Source of the DNA: a virus
Reading direction: 5' to 3' (one strand)
IMG/VR virus record: IMGVR_UViG_3300045988_124082
Length of the DNA stretch: 64,000 bases
The notes under the pieces were generated by a model. That model was not told the origin of the DNA. It saw nothing but the letters and a program-made list of their open reading frames with translations, and searched no databases. Within the stretch, counting starts at the first letter, position 1; every line of letters starts with the position of its first letter. Of the stretch, positions 31,473 through 39,973 are shown in pieces. The translations under genes were made by a program, and so were the position numbers.

Positions 31473-31709
31473 GTGAGTAAGTTACATGAACGTGCCTATT
31501 GTCAAGAATGTGGAAAGCTTGTTGACTATAGTATTCGTGATGAAGTGGTGGAAGAGAATTTCCATGGAACTATAGTTCATTTCCCTTTTAAAGTTGGTCG
31601 TTACAAAGAATGTGGAACAGAGGTTGCAACAGATAATGGGTATAATTTTAGAAGAGGAGATGCAGTGTGGGAAGCTTATAAGAAACTGAAAGGAGAATTC
31701 ATAAGATGA
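31473..31709 (+). CDS. MqsA/YgiT-like zinc-ribbon protein (start uncertain)
   Basis: CQECGKLVDYS...FKVGRYKECGTEV. Paralog of 35068..35292. GTG 31473 lies behind AGGAGAG. Confidence 0.55.
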   Translation: MSKLHERAYCQECGKLVDYSIRDEVVEENFHGTIVHFPFKVGRYKECGTEVATDNGYNFRRGDAVWEAYKKLKGEFIR

Positions 31710-31737
31710 GGTATCAGATGCGTACCTCATCTTTTTT
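31705..31737 (+). terminator. Rho-independent terminator
   Basis: GATGAGGTA...TACCTCATC followed by T6. Confidence 0.8.
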
Positions 31738-31786
31738 CTAACGTCGCAATTTGCGACTTTAGGCTATCAGAAAGGAAAATTTACAT

Positions 31787-32377
31787 ATGAGTAGAGTAAA
31801 AGAAATCAAAAAGCAGACAGATAACAAGTTTTTGAATCTGTATGACTATACTGTGGTCGATAAGAATGGAAATGAGCATCCATATTATGTAGCTAGCAGA
31901 CATAATGAAGAAGAGTTGGTAGCTAAAGTAGGAGAGCCTAAAGCAGACGCAGTGCTAATGTATGCTTATTATGGTGAGGAAAGAGATAAGCTGGTATTGA
32001 TCAGACAGTTTAGATATCCAGTAAATGATTACATATATGAACTTCCTGCGGGTCTTGTAGATGAGGGAGAGACAGTTGTAGAAGCTGCAATTAGAGAAAT
32101 GAAAGAAGAAACCGGTTTAGACTTTAAGCCATGTGATGATATGTCTGGATTAAATAGACCGTGTTTTTCAAGTGCTGGTATGACAGATGAATGTGTTAGT
32201 ACTGTGTATGGGATTGCAACTGGTGAGATTGATTTAAGTAAGTTAGAAGCGAATGAAGATTTGACAGTACAGATCGTAGATGTGGATGAAGCAGTGAGGA
32301 TATTAGCAGAAGAGAAGTTGGGAATCAGGACTTATTATCTTCTATTGTTGTTTATTGCTGGGTCTAAGGATAGATAG
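31787..32377 (+). CDS. Nudix hydrolase (ADP-ribose pyrophosphatase-like)
   Basis: Nudix box GLVDEGETVVEAAIREMKEETGL. Confidence 0.8.
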   Translation: MSRVKEIKKQTDNKFLNLYDYTVVDKNGNEHPYYVASRHNEEELVAKVGEPKADAVLMYAYYGEERDKLVLIRQFRYPVNDYIYELPAGLVDEGETVVEAAIREMKEETGLDFKPCDDMSGLNRPCFSSAGMTDECVSTVYGIATGEIDLSKLEANEDLTVQIVDVDEAVRILAEEKLGIRTYYLLLLFIAGSKDR

Positions 32378-32390
32378 GAGTGATTATGGT

Positions 32391-32777
32391 ATGAGATGTT
32401 ATGTAACAGGAAAGGCAAAAACGACATCAGATTCAATAGCAATAGATTTTATAGAAGCCAGAAGAGGCGAGGAACTTTTTGTACTGGATTGGGACGAAAC
32501 AGAACTAGGATTTGATACCGAATGCGATAAAAATGGTTATCGTACATTCTCTGGGAGATTAAAAGGAATTAAATTTAATGAGGAGTATGCAAATGGTAGA
32601 ATTGATGAAATTCGAGGTGCACAATTATCTGATGTACAGTTTTATATTCCAGATGATACTTGTTTGGTTGAAGATATTAGTTTTAATACTGTACAGCTAG
32701 ATGATGAAGGTGACTTATATGATTTCTGGATTGATAATCCTTATAGAAAGGTAAATTATACAGTGTGTTATGAATAG
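32391..32777 (+). CDS. Hypothetical protein
   Basis: ATG 32391 behind TAGGAG is preferred over TTG 32355. Confidence 0.6.
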   Translation: MRCYVTGKAKTTSDSIAIDFIEARRGEELFVLDWDETELGFDTECDKNGYRTFSGRLKGIKFNEEYANGRIDEIRGAQLSDVQFYIPDDTCLVEDISFNTVQLDDEGDLYDFWIDNPYRKVNYTVCYE

Positions 32778-32792
32778 AAAGGAAATTTACAT

Positions 32793-33530
32793 ATGGCAGA
32801 GTTAGTTAAGAAAGAAAGTACAGTGGATCAGTTACAACAGATGGTATTTGATAATGCTGATTTTGGAGAAGTGAGAACGGTTGTTATTGATGGTGAGCCG
32901 TGGTTTGTGAGCAAGGATGTTGCAGATTGTCTCGGATATTCAAACAGTAGAGATGCAATTAGTAAGCATGTTTTCTCTGAAGATAAGGATGTCGCAAAAT
33001 GCGACACCCCTTCAGGAAGACAGAATATGTCAATCGTAAACGAATCAGGATTATACGCATTGATCTTTGGAAGCAAGTTAGAGAAAGCAAGAGAATTCAA
33101 AAGATGGGTAACATCTGAAGTACTTCCTACATTAAGGAAAACAGGACATTATGAAGTTGCAGCAGATCAGAGTGTTAACCAACTTTTAGCAGAGTTTGGT
33201 GATTTTAAGGTTACATATGTTCAACAGATGGTTGAATTCAAAGATGCTTTAGAAAAGCAGACAAAGGCATTTGACAAGAGTATTTCAAACATGACTCTTT
33301 CAACAAGTCAGCAAAACAAAGTACATAGAGCAGTTAAAGATAGAGTGGGTTTACTGTTAGGTGGTGCCCACTCTGATTTATATAAAGAGAAAAGCAGAAT
33401 GTATTTTGCTAATCTCTGGAATGATCTTAAGGCTGAGTTTGAGTGCGGTAGTAGATGGCAGGATCTGAATCCAGCTTATATGGAAGAAGCTATGAGTTGG
33501 ATTAGATATTGGAACTATGAAGGGAGATAA
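32793..33530 (+). CDS. Bro-N plus ORF6C antirepressor-like protein
   Basis: FGEVRTVVIDGEPWFVSKDVADCLGYSNSRDAISKHV...ESGLYALIFGSKLEKAREFKRWVTSEVLPTLRKTG. Confidence 0.75.
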   Translation: MAELVKKESTVDQLQQMVFDNADFGEVRTVVIDGEPWFVSKDVADCLGYSNSRDAISKHVFSEDKDVAKCDTPSGRQNMSIVNESGLYALIFGSKLEKAREFKRWVTSEVLPTLRKTGHYEVAADQSVNQLLAEFGDFKVTYVQQMVEFKDALEKQTKAFDKSISNMTLSTSQQNKVHRAVKDRVGLLLGGAHSDLYKEKSRMYFANLWNDLKAEFECGSRWQDLNPAYMEEAMSWIRYWNYEGR

Positions 33531-33533
33531 GTT

Positions 33534-33818
33534 ATGACCAATGAAATGAAAGAAATGAAAATCTGGATTTCACAGCGAGATAAGAAGTATAGATATATGC
33601 TGTTAGATCGTATGAGACAAGATTGTGAGTACTATTTAAATGGTCATGAGTGTGTTAATCATTTGTGGGGCAAGACAGAAGAAGAACAGATTGATTATAT
33701 GTTATTCATTTGGGATTTGTTCACAGAGAATGAAAAGCCAGAATGGTTAAGTAGAGAGCAGATTATTGAGTTTGGGAAAAGAATGGGAGTAGAGGTGAAA
33801 GAAAATGAGTACATATAA
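33534..33818 (+). CDS. Hypothetical protein
   Basis: ORF plus RBS. Confidence 0.6.
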   Translation: MTNEMKEMKIWISQRDKKYRYMLLDRMRQDCEYYLNGHECVNHLWGKTEEEQIDYMLFIWDLFTENEKPEWLSREQIIEFGKRMGVEVKENEYI

Positions 33819-34128
33819 AATCGGAGAAATATTAGTATCAAAAAGAGAAACAGAAGTTGAAACAAACTGGGGAAGAAAAGAGATAATTCCTAAAGGGAAC
33901 AAAATTATTATCACCGCTCATGGACTTGGACATCACATAAGGAATGGTATGAAACAGCCTTTGAGAAAGGATGATGTTGTAAAAGGTTATGACACAGAAG
34001 GACTTGCAGAGTATTTGTTTACGTGTATGAAAAGTCATCTTCCGATGGATGATATGATGTATGATTATGACTTAACAGAAGAGAATATCAAAGAAGTTAT
34101 TGAAGAAGCATTGGATGAGATTTTTTAG
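33805..34128 (+). CDS. Hypothetical protein
   Basis: ORF plus RBS GAGGTGAAAG. Confidence 0.6.
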   Translation: MSTYKIGEILVSKRETEVETNWGRKEIIPKGNKIIITAHGLGHHIRNGMKQPLRKDDVVKGYDTEGLAEYLFTCMKSHLPMDDMMYDYDLTEENIKEVIEEALDEIF

Positions 34129-34144
34129 AAGAGGTGGTTAGGAA

Positions 34145-34540
34145 ATGATAACTGTATTGATCATATTTTCGATTGTGATAGTGTATGTAATTATTTACAA
34201 AACAAATCATTATTTACTAACACATAAAGAATCACCATGGACATATCCAAGATTGCATAAATGCAGATGTGGTGGAAAGCCACAAGTTAAATGGTCTTAT
34301 AGTCCAGATCTTAATTATGAAACACATAAATTATGTGGGTTGAGAGGAATATATGAAGTTAAAATCAATTGCCCAAAATGTGGCTTTTCTGTAACAGTAA
34401 ATAGGCATTACGATTTATCAACTAAGGGGAACAATTTTAAAACAATTCCCGATCCAGGAAGTATTAATAGGGCAAATATGAAAGCGATAAGAGCATGGAA
34501 TGAAACAAGTCCAGAAAAATGTGAGGAGTGTGACCGATGA
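34145..34540 (+). CDS. Membrane-anchored Lar-like zinc-ribbon protein
   Basis: N-terminal TM helix, then CRCGGKP...CPKCGF...MKAIRAWNE. Confidence 0.55.
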   Translation: MITVLIIFSIVIVYVIIYKTNHYLLTHKESPWTYPRLHKCRCGGKPQVKWSYSPDLNYETHKLCGLRGIYEVKINCPKCGFSVTVNRHYDLSTKGNNFKTIPDPGSINRANMKAIRAWNETSPEKCEECDR

Positions 34541-34890
34541 AAAATAAGAAATTAGACAAGTTCAATATGAAATATCCAGTGATTGTATTTCACGATAAGA
34601 TACCTAAAGAAATTCCATACATAGCCTATATTCCATATTTCCTATGTAATACACAGGGAAAAACCGAAAAAGAATTGGAGCTTATGGTAGATGATCTTAT
34701 TAAGATGTATTTGGAGGAAGATCATTGGCAATTACCAGACTATGCAGATCCTGATATCAGTGATTGGGAATTAAAACAAATTGCAGACAATTCCCTTAAA
34801 GATCAGGGAGTGACTGAGGAAGAAAGAAAACAAATTGAAGTATCTGTTTGGTGGTATGAAGTGAAAACAGAGCTTAGAAAGGAACGATGA
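34537..34890 (+). CDS. HicB-like (UPF0150 fold) protein
   Basis: YPVIVFHDK...YIAYIPYFLCNTQGKTEKELELMVDDLIKMYLEE. Confidence 0.5.
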   Translation: MKNKKLDKFNMKYPVIVFHDKIPKEIPYIAYIPYFLCNTQGKTEKELELMVDDLIKMYLEEDHWQLPDYADPDISDWELKQIADNSLKDQGVTEEERKQIEVSVWWYEVKTELRKER

Positions 34891-34900
34891 GATGGAAGTG

Positions 34901-35068
34901 ATGTTTTACATATTATGGGTTTTTGGTTTGATCGCAGCTCTGTGTGTGATTATTGGAATCCCATACATGTTAATTTATAACTACAAAAGAATCAGAGCTA
35001 TTGACAAGAAACTTGATGGGATGCTTAGGGGATTAAGCATTATGTTTGGTGAAGGAGATGATGAATAA
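34901..35068 (+). CDS. Unlisted 55-aa membrane protein MFYILWVFGLIAALCVIIGIPYML...
   Basis: Below the track cutoff. Fills the gap between neighbours; its stop TAA overlaps the next ATG (TAATG at 35066-35070). Confidence 0.5.
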   Translation: MFYILWVFGLIAALCVIIGIPYMLIYNYKRIRAIDKKLDGMLRGLSIMFGEGDDE

Positions 35069-35292
35069 TGGAAGAAAAATTATTATGTTCTCATTGTCGT
35101 GAAAGAGTGCCTTATGAGACTTTTTCCAAAGAAACAACTGAAGTAATAAAGGGAATAGAAGTTACTTACACAGAAAACTATGGTGTTTGTAAAATTTGTG
35201 GACATCGAATCTTTGTTCCAGAGTTTGAGGATGACAACATGGAAAGATTAGATGAAGCTTATTGGAGAGAAGCAAAAAAAGAAAAGGAGTGA
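35068..35292 (+). CDS. MqsA/YgiT-like zinc-ribbon protein
   Basis: CSHCRERVPYE...YGVCKICGHRIFVPEFED. Confidence 0.6.
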   Translation: MEEKLLCSHCRERVPYETFSKETTEVIKGIEVTYTENYGVCKICGHRIFVPEFEDDNMERLDEAYWREAKKEKE

Positions 35293-35298
35293 GCAATA

Positions 35299-35865
35299 AT
35301 GAAACCATATGATACAGGACTAGTGTGTGGGAGATTCCAGACATTTCATAAGGGACATGAGAGACTGGTTGATACCGGTCTTTTATTATGCGATCGTTTA
35401 TTGATTCTGATTGGATCAGCACAGGAGTGCGGGACTGAAAGGAATCCATTCAACATTAACACAAGAACAAAGATCTTAAAGGAAATCTATGGAGATCGAC
35501 CAGAAGTAATGATCTATGGATTAGCTGATATGACAGATGAGAATGATATTTGTCCTGAGTGGGGTAAATACTTATTAAATAATGTAGATCGTTATATCTA
35601 CAAGAACCCAGAGATCATGATTTATGGAAACGATGAAAGTCGAAGTGGCTGGTTTGATAAGAAAGACTTGGCCAATACAGCAGAACTGATCGTAAATAGA
35701 CAGGACTTGCCAATTAGTGCAACTATGGTAAGAGAAGCCATGGCAAAAGATGATCGCAAGAAATGGATGAGTTTAGTGAATCCAAGGTTACATAAAATGT
35801 ATGATGAGCTGCGAGCAGAGCTTATGAGTGTGCCATTTTATCAGGAGTTGAACAAAGGAGAGTGA
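35299..35865 (+). CDS. Nicotinamide/nicotinate mononucleotide adenylyltransferase-like (cytidylyltransferase superfamily)
   Basis: GRFQTFHKGH (HxGH motif) and ISATMVRE (ISxTxxR-type motif). Confidence 0.75.
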   Translation: MKPYDTGLVCGRFQTFHKGHERLVDTGLLLCDRLLILIGSAQECGTERNPFNINTRTKILKEIYGDRPEVMIYGLADMTDENDICPEWGKYLLNNVDRYIYKNPEIMIYGNDESRSGWFDKKDLANTAELIVNRQDLPISATMVREAMAKDDRKKWMSLVNPRLHKMYDELRAELMSVPFYQELNKGE

Positions 35866-35869
35866 TATA

Positions 35870-36277
35870 ATGAATGATTTTAGAATAGGAGATAAGGTAT
35901 ATTTTCATCCATACTGTTATGATGATTATAGCATTAAATATGGCACGATTTCTAGATTTGAACAATCGTTAGACCCAGAAAGGCAATATGCAATTATATC
36001 ATGTAAAAGAGGAGAGGGCCAGAATAAATATCATATGTTTCCTGAGGATTTATATCGTACAAAGGGGAAAGTAGAAGAAATTCTAAAACAGGAGTTTCGC
36101 GCCAGAGTAGATGAAGTTAAAAAAGATATTCACACATTAGAGGACCTTTTGAATTTTTTATATGACAATGATGTTGCTATTGACATAGATGAGGACGATG
36201 ATTATACAGATTGGGTAGATCGTGTTGCTGTTCAAGAATTAGCAAAAGAAATCTGTGGGATTGAATTAGGAGAGTAG
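35870..36277 (+). CDS. Hypothetical protein
   Basis: ORF plus RBS AAAGGAGAG. Confidence 0.6.
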   Translation: MNDFRIGDKVYFHPYCYDDYSIKYGTISRFEQSLDPERQYAIISCKRGEGQNKYHMFPEDLYRTKGKVEEILKQEFRARVDEVKKDIHTLEDLLNFLYDNDVAIDIDEDDDYTDWVDRVAVQELAKEICGIELGE

Positions 36278-36282
36278 TACTT

Positions 36283-36645
36283 ATGAGCTTATTAGAATTT
36301 ATTTACTCACTTACAGTACTTGGTATGGGATTTTTCTTAGGCTGGGGTCTTCATGATACTAGGACAGAGGATAAGGCTGACGAATATAAAAGAAAACTTA
36401 CTTATGCAGAATATGAAATATCTGAATTAATACGAGAAAATCGTAAATTACGATTGCAGGTAAGTGTTTTAAATGATGATCTTATATCACTTAGAAAAGG
36501 AAATGCTACATATACTCAGGGACATAAGGAATCGCCTGAAGTTAAAGAGGCTGTTAAATATGCAATGAAATCTGCACATCCTGATAATGGTGGAGATGCA
36601 AAAGACTTCGTGAAGTTTAGAGAGTTATATAACAAGATTAAGTAA
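36283..36645 (+). CDS. Membrane-anchored coiled-coil protein with a J-domain-like HPD segment (paralog of 8276..8728)
   Basis: TM helix FIYSLTVLGMGFFLGWGL. C-terminus AVKYAMKSAHPDNGGDAKDFVKFRELYNKIK. Confidence 0.6.
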   Translation: MSLLEFIYSLTVLGMGFFLGWGLHDTRTEDKADEYKRKLTYAEYEISELIRENRKLRLQVSVLNDDLISLRKGNATYTQGHKESPEVKEAVKYAMKSAHPDNGGDAKDFVKFRELYNKIK

Positions 36646-36712
36646 ATACATAAAGAAACTAATCGAGTATCAGATTTAGGATACAAGGCAGTATTAACCA
36701 CAAAGTAATTAG

Positions 36713-36766
36713 AAAACCGGCGATTGGAATCTACCACAGGAAACATTCCAATCGCCGGTTTTTTTC
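36713..36766 (+). terminator. Strong Rho-independent terminator
   Basis: 14-bp stem CCGGCGATTGGAAT/ATTCCAATCGCCGG followed by T7. Confidence 0.85.
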
Positions 36767-36846
36767 TAATTACTAAGATCATAAACAAAATAAAGGAAGA
36801 TACCACACTGATGAGTATTCTGTTTAAAAGAAAAGGAGATTACATA

Positions 36847-38016
36847 ATGAGAGTAGTAGAATCAGGAAGAAAATACAAATTTTACAATAACGCAATTACA
36901 ACATATGAGCAGTTGCCAGCAAAAACATATAGGGTAGCTTTTAATGATCAGGAAGGTTTTTCATTGGTTGAAACACATGACTTAGAAATGACAGAAACAA
37001 AAGTTTATGGTCAACATTTAGAAAAAGTAGATAAGGTTCTAAATGCATTAGATAAGATGAAACGTAATTTAGGAGTGATCTTAAGTGGTGACAAAGGAAT
37101 TGGTAAGTCATTGTTCTCTAAGATGTTAGGAATCAAAGCGAAAGAAAGTGGAGTGCCAGTTATCTTAGTAGACGAGTATATTCCAGGAATTGCAAATTTC
37201 TTAGACGATATTGAACAGACTGTAATGGTATTGTTTGATGAATACGACAAGACTTTTGATGAAAACAAATATAATTGTCAGGCAGAAATGCTGTCATTGT
37301 TTGATGGGATGAGTGCAGGCAAAAAGCTATTTGTTATTACTTGTAATAAGATTGATGAGCTAAGTTCCTTCTTATTAAATAGACCAGGAAGATTTCATTA
37401 TCATTTTAGATTTGCTTACCCTACAGTAGATGAGATTCAAGCATATATGGAAGACAAACTTGAAGAACAGTACTATGGAGAAATTGAAAATGTAATTGCC
37501 TTTAGTCTACGAATGAAATTGAATTATGATTGTCTTAGAGCAATTGCATTTGAGCTAAATACTGGGTCAAGCTTTAAAGAGGCGATTGAGGATCTTAATA
37601 TTTTAAGAATGTATAGTACCGAATATATAGATATCGTTGTTGAATTTGAAAATGGGAAAATATTAGAAGGAAGTGTACCAGAAAATGAACTATATGACGG
37701 TTCAGGATATGATATGGATTTGCATATTCCTTTGACTATTTCTAAATTATACAATGATAGAGACATTGGAGAAATGAGATTAAATTTCACAGACAATTAC
37801 GTAGATCCTGAGGAAAAATTAATTATGTTTAATTTTGAAGGTAATGAAGTCAAATTTTATGATACTTATACACCACATAAAATGCCAGATGAGGCCAAGT
37901 CTGAGGTTGCTAGAGAAATTACTAAAATTATTGAGGAAAATTATTCAGAACAGCAGGTTAAACGTATTTTTATGGCACCAAAAGAAAACAAAGATGAATA
38001 TAGATTTTTTGGTTAG
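36847..38016 (+). CDS. AAA+ ATPase
   Basis: Walker A GDKGIGKS and Walker B VLFDEYD. ATG 36847 behind AAAAGGAG; the track start 36724 lies inside the terminator. Confidence 0.75.
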   Translation: MRVVESGRKYKFYNNAITTYEQLPAKTYRVAFNDQEGFSLVETHDLEMTETKVYGQHLEKVDKVLNALDKMKRNLGVILSGDKGIGKSLFSKMLGIKAKESGVPVILVDEYIPGIANFLDDIEQTVMVLFDEYDKTFDENKYNCQAEMLSLFDGMSAGKKLFVITCNKIDELSSFLLNRPGRFHYHFRFAYPTVDEIQAYMEDKLEEQYYGEIENVIAFSLRMKLNYDCLRAIAFELNTGSSFKEAIEDLNILRMYSTEYIDIVVEFENGKILEGSVPENELYDGSGYDMDLHIPLTISKLYNDRDIGEMRLNFTDNYVDPEEKLIMFNFEGNEVKFYDTYTPHKMPDEAKSEVAREITKIIEENYSEQQVKRIFMAPKENKDEYRFFG

Positions 38017-38030
38017 AGAGGAGTGATTGA

Positions 38031-38945
38031 ATGAAGTGTTTTTATCATTTAGATTTAGATGGGAAGTGTGCGGGCTATTTAGTATGGCATTATGCTTGTT
38101 TAGGAGAGGAAGATGAAAACCCAGAGAATTTTATTAAGATTAATTATGGCATGGAGTTTCCATTAGACAAAATTAAAAGAGATGAAAGAGTGTTTATTGT
38201 TGATTTTAGCATTGAACCGGAAGATATGAAAGAACTCTTAAAAATTACAAAAAATGTAGTTTGGATTGATCATCATAAAACGACTATTGAAAAATATAAG
38301 GATTTTGAAAGCTATATTCCAGGGATAAGAATGACAGGGCCTGGAATATCAGGGGCTTCATTGACATGGTGGTATTTCAATAATAATGCTCTCTTCGATG
38401 GAATGGAAAGGGTACAAGGGTTACAGCCAAAAGAAGATGAAGATTGGGATGAAGATATGCCCCTTGCTCTTTTATTAGTAGCTGACTGGGATACATGGAC
38501 ATTCAATTATAGAGAGAAAACTAAATACTTTCATACAGCATTTGAAATGTTGGAATATGAGCCTTGGCAATTTGGCGAATGGTTCGAGCTTATAAAAGAT
38601 CCTTATGTTCTTATTGAGCAAGGACGACTTCTTTATAAGTACAAACAGAAACAGGCAGAAGAATATATCAGTTCAAAGGGATTCGCTGTAGAGTTTGAGG
38701 GATATAAGTGTTTCGCTGTGAATCATGGATTGATTAATTCAGATTTCTTCGAGTCAGTTGATGATAAGTATGATATCTATATTGGATTTGCTTATAATGG
38801 TGGAAGCAAGAGATGGAGCTATAGCTTGAGAGCTGCGAATGATGATGTGGACGTAAGTGAGATCGCTATTAAGTACGGTGGTGGCGGACACAAAGGAGCT
38901 GCAGGATTCGCAAGTGATAAGTATGTTTTAGGAGAGATGAGCTAA
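38031..38945 (+). CDS. DHH/DHHA1 phosphoesterase (NrnA/RecJ-like)
   Basis: HLDLDG, DHHKT and GGGHKGAAGF motifs. Confidence 0.8.
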   Translation: MKCFYHLDLDGKCAGYLVWHYACLGEEDENPENFIKINYGMEFPLDKIKRDERVFIVDFSIEPEDMKELLKITKNVVWIDHHKTTIEKYKDFESYIPGIRMTGPGISGASLTWWYFNNNALFDGMERVQGLQPKEDEDWDEDMPLALLLVADWDTWTFNYREKTKYFHTAFEMLEYEPWQFGEWFELIKDPYVLIEQGRLLYKYKQKQAEEYISSKGFAVEFEGYKCFAVNHGLINSDFFESVDDKYDIYIGFAYNGGSKRWSYSLRAANDDVDVSEIAIKYGGGGHKGAAGFASDKYVLGEMS

Positions 38946-39475
38946 TGAAAAAGTTAAATGATGAACAGAGGAAGTTGATTGAAAATAACTACAAGTTGAT
39001 TAGGTTCCTATATAGAAGAAGTTATACTAGAGTGTGCTCTTGGGAGGTCTTTCAAGGGTTAGGACATGAAGCAATATGTAAAGCTGCTTTAGGATATGAT
39101 CCTTCAAAAGGCAAGTTTACTACATATTTTACTTGGAAAATTAAACAAGCAATTGAACATTATTTTCGCTGTAACAACTATGATGTTCGAAAAGCCAATG
39201 ATGGAGCAATGTCACTATATACACCACTTGAAGATTGTAAGAAGAAGGAAATAACCATATTAGATACATTACAAGCAAGCGATAATATCGCAGATACGGT
39301 AACAGAAGAAATTTATTGGAAAGAAAAGATAAGTAAATTACCCGATAAAATTAAAAAGATGATCCAATTGACTTATGAAGGATACGGGCGAGAAGAGGTT
39401 GCCAAGAAGTTAAATGTCAGTAGATCTCTTGTTAGTGTGCGTATCATTGAATTTAAAAAGTCCATGGGGTATTAG
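38945..39475 (+). CDS. Sigma-70 family (ECF-like) RNA polymerase sigma factor
   Basis: Region-2-like GHEAICKAALGYDPSKGKFTTYFTWKIKQAI and region-4 HTH GREEVAKKLNVSRSLVSVRI. Confidence 0.7.
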   Translation: MKKLNDEQRKLIENNYKLIRFLYRRSYTRVCSWEVFQGLGHEAICKAALGYDPSKGKFTTYFTWKIKQAIEHYFRCNNYDVRKANDGAMSLYTPLEDCKKKEITILDTLQASDNIADTVTEEIYWKEKISKLPDKIKKMIQLTYEGYGREEVAKKLNVSRSLVSVRIIEFKKSMGY

Positions 39476-39493
39476 AAAGGGGAGATGTGAAGA

Positions 39494-39958
39494 ATGGGTT
39501 TTTATCAGTATGGTCGTTATTGGGAGAACACGGAAGATGCTCACAATAGTGACTATTGGAAACACGAGGCAGCAAAAGATTTAAGAAGAAAGGGGATTGA
39601 GTGTATCTGGTTTGGTGTAGACAATAGAACACCTGAGATGTGGGCAGAAATACAGGAAGACATTGCCAGAGAAGAAAGAGAAAAAGAAGAAGACCGCAAA
39701 TATATGGAAGAGCATATTGGAGAATATATATGGGCTTTTATTAAAGGAATTGTTATAGTCTGTACGTTCCCTTGTTTGTGCTGGCTATACTTAGGTGTTA
39801 GGTATGGCCATATGAACTACCAACAAAAAAATGCGTATAAGCTGGCTTGGGTGTTTAGTTTATTAGCATTAATATTTGGCCCTGTAGGATTTATGATGGT
39901 GTTTACACTGTTTGGATTGTATATCATCTTTGATGCAGGGCATGGGATGATGCCATAG
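39494..39958 (+). CDS. Membrane protein
   Basis: Two C-terminal hydrophobic helices. Confidence 0.6.
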   Translation: MGFYQYGRYWENTEDAHNSDYWKHEAAKDLRRKGIECIWFGVDNRTPEMWAEIQEDIAREEREKEEDRKYMEEHIGEYIWAFIKGIVIVCTFPCLCWLYLGVRYGHMNYQQKNAYKLAWVFSLLALIFGPVGFMMVFTLFGLYIIFDAGHGMMP

Positions 39959-39973
39959 AAAGGAGACGATTAA

